A stretch of 63,177 nucleotides of DNA, the filler included, from Nemertoderma westbladi (taxonomy: Eukaryota > Animalia > Xenacoelomorpha): assembly GCA_032718475.1 (NCBI GenBank). It is 4 parts of 4 records of this genome, joined end to end, with 100 filler letters (N's around TTAATTAATTAA, not from the genome) between each part and the next. Parts side by side here need not be neighbours in the genome. Positions count along the whole stretch, not along the records: positions 56,060 to 63,177 come from JAUCBJ010006996.1; 3 more parts are not named here. One strand, written 5' to 3'. This document shows positions 61,740 through 63,177 of this stretch, piece after piece. A model generated the notes under the pieces. It was not told the origin of the DNA. It worked only from the letters and a program-made list of their open reading frames with translations, and did no database searches. The translations under genes were made by a program, and so were the position numbers. Every line of letters starts with the position of its first letter. Position 1 is the stretch's first letter.

Positions 61740-62198
61740 TTAATGATCCGATTACTCCCGAGGAAATAACAATTAATGAGGCTCCTAACAAGAAAGCAAG
61801 CGGCCCAGACGGATATATTACGAACATCTCAAACAGGCGGCTCCATTTATTCTTACAGCACTTACAGGGTAAGGGGATACTTACAGATCAAAACAACTAC
61901 CGCGGAATTGCGCTCCTCTGTGTCCTTCTGAAAATACTCATAGCAATAATAAATAAACGGGTGCGCCGTAATATAGCCAGCAGCATCCCTCAACAGCAAT
62001 ATGGATTCGTCCCACAGCGTTCAACTGGAATGGCAATCACAAAGCTTCTCAGCGATATTAGCGCAATATTCAGAGCAGCTCAACGTAAAGATCGAGTAAT
62101 ATACGCAGTTTTCATAAATTTTAGAAAAGCGTTCGGTCTGGTCAATAGGAAAAGGCTACTCTTTAAAATACACAGACTCGGGATTATAGGTAAAACAT
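61740..62198 (+). mobile_element. Degenerate LINE RT N-terminal fragment of a different family
   Basis: KASGPDG, NNYRGIALLCVLLK, QQYGFVPQRST, AVFINFRKAF. Confidence 0.8.
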
Positions 62199-62280
62199 AT
62201 GTAACTAATACAAACGTTAGCGAAATAAATAATTCGCTTAGCGGGAGCCTACAAGGCCGCGCGATTGCGCAGAGAGAAAC

Positions 62281-63177
62281 GGTTGGGGGGGGGGGGGGGG
62301 GGGGGGGGCTACGGGCACCCCACCGCAACCAGTTAGTGGTGAAAGGGGCGAAGTGAAGGGTGGGGGGGGGGGCTACGGGCACCCCACCGCAACCAGTTAG
62401 TGGTGAAAGGGGCGAAGTGAAGGGTGGGGGGGGGGGGGCTACGGGCACCCCACCGCAACCAGTTAGTGGTGAAAGGGGCGAAGTGAAGGGTGGGGGGGGG
62501 GGGCTACGGGCACCCCACCGCAACCAGTTAGTGGTGAAAGGGGCGAAGTGAAGGGTGGGGGGGGGGGCTACGGGCACCCCACCGCAACCAGTTAGTGGTG
62601 AAAGGGGCGAAGTGAAGGGTGGGGGGGGGGGGGGCTACGGGCACCCCACCGCAACCAGTTAGTGGTGAAAGGGGCGAAGTGAAGGGTGGGGGGGGGGGGG
62701 CTACGGGCACCCCACCGCAACCAGTTAGTGGTGAAAGGGGCGAAGTGAAGGGTGGGGGGGGGCTACGGGCACCCCACCGCAACCAGTTAGTGGTGAAAGG
62801 GGCGAAGTGAAGGGTGGGGGGGGGGGGGCTACGGGCACCCCACCGCAACCAGTTAGTGGTGAAAGGGGCGAAGTGAAGGGTGGGGGGGGGCTACGGGCAC
62901 CCCACCGCAACCAGTTAGTGGTGAAAGGGGCGAAGTGAAGGGTGGGGGGGGGGGCTACGGGCACCCCACCGCAACCAGTTAGTGGTGAAAGGGGCGAAGT
63001 GAAGGGTGGGGGGGGGGGGGGGGCTACGGGCACCCCACCGCAACCAGTTAGTGGTGAAAGGGGCGAAGTGAAGGGTGGGGGGGGGGCTACGGCACCCCAC
63101 CGCAACCAGTTAGTGGTGAAAGGGGCGAAGTGAAGGGTGGGGGGGGGGGGGCTACGGGCACCCCACCGTAACCAGTT
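62281..63177. repeat. G-rich tandem array: 53-bp core plus variable poly-G, about 14 copies, running off the window
   Basis: CTACGGGCACCCCACCGCAACCAGTTAGTGGTGAAAGGGGCGAAGTGAAGGGT(G)n. Confidence 0.97.

Noticed and set aside
62080-63133. Pro-rich and Gly-rich ORFs
   Set aside because: Translations of the tandem array.

Overview
Repeat-dense animal (probably invertebrate) genomic DNA, not prokaryotic. The window is four contig pieces joined by artificial N-TTAATTAATTAA-N linkers (14632-14731, 29559-29658, 55960-56059), so neighbourhood arguments must not cross those joins. Host genes: an intron-free FGF (-), two tandem LamG/ConA-like exons of a spliced gene (-), a 1381-aa single-ORF Dispatched-3/PTCHD2-like gene (+), and a two-exon EXD1-like pseudo-exonuclease with a C-terminal C4 finger (+). 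The rest is nested mobile DNA: a Gypsy element split by an RTE LINE; about nine RTE pieces; a Penelope element (RT + GIY-YIG + minimal hammerhead) reconstructable after removing two nested inserts; a decayed Maverick/adintovirus segment (ATPase, small core-like protein, integrase) hit by a CRE-type retroelement; BEL/Pao gag; a Crack/CR1-group LINE; and hAT, piggyBac-like, Tc1/mariner, MULE-like and MITE elements, SINEs and satellites. The best novelty candidate is a repeated element family with asymmetric GTGGGG...CCCCAC ends that leaves no target-site duplication. All family assignments come from motif recognition by eye, not from database searches.
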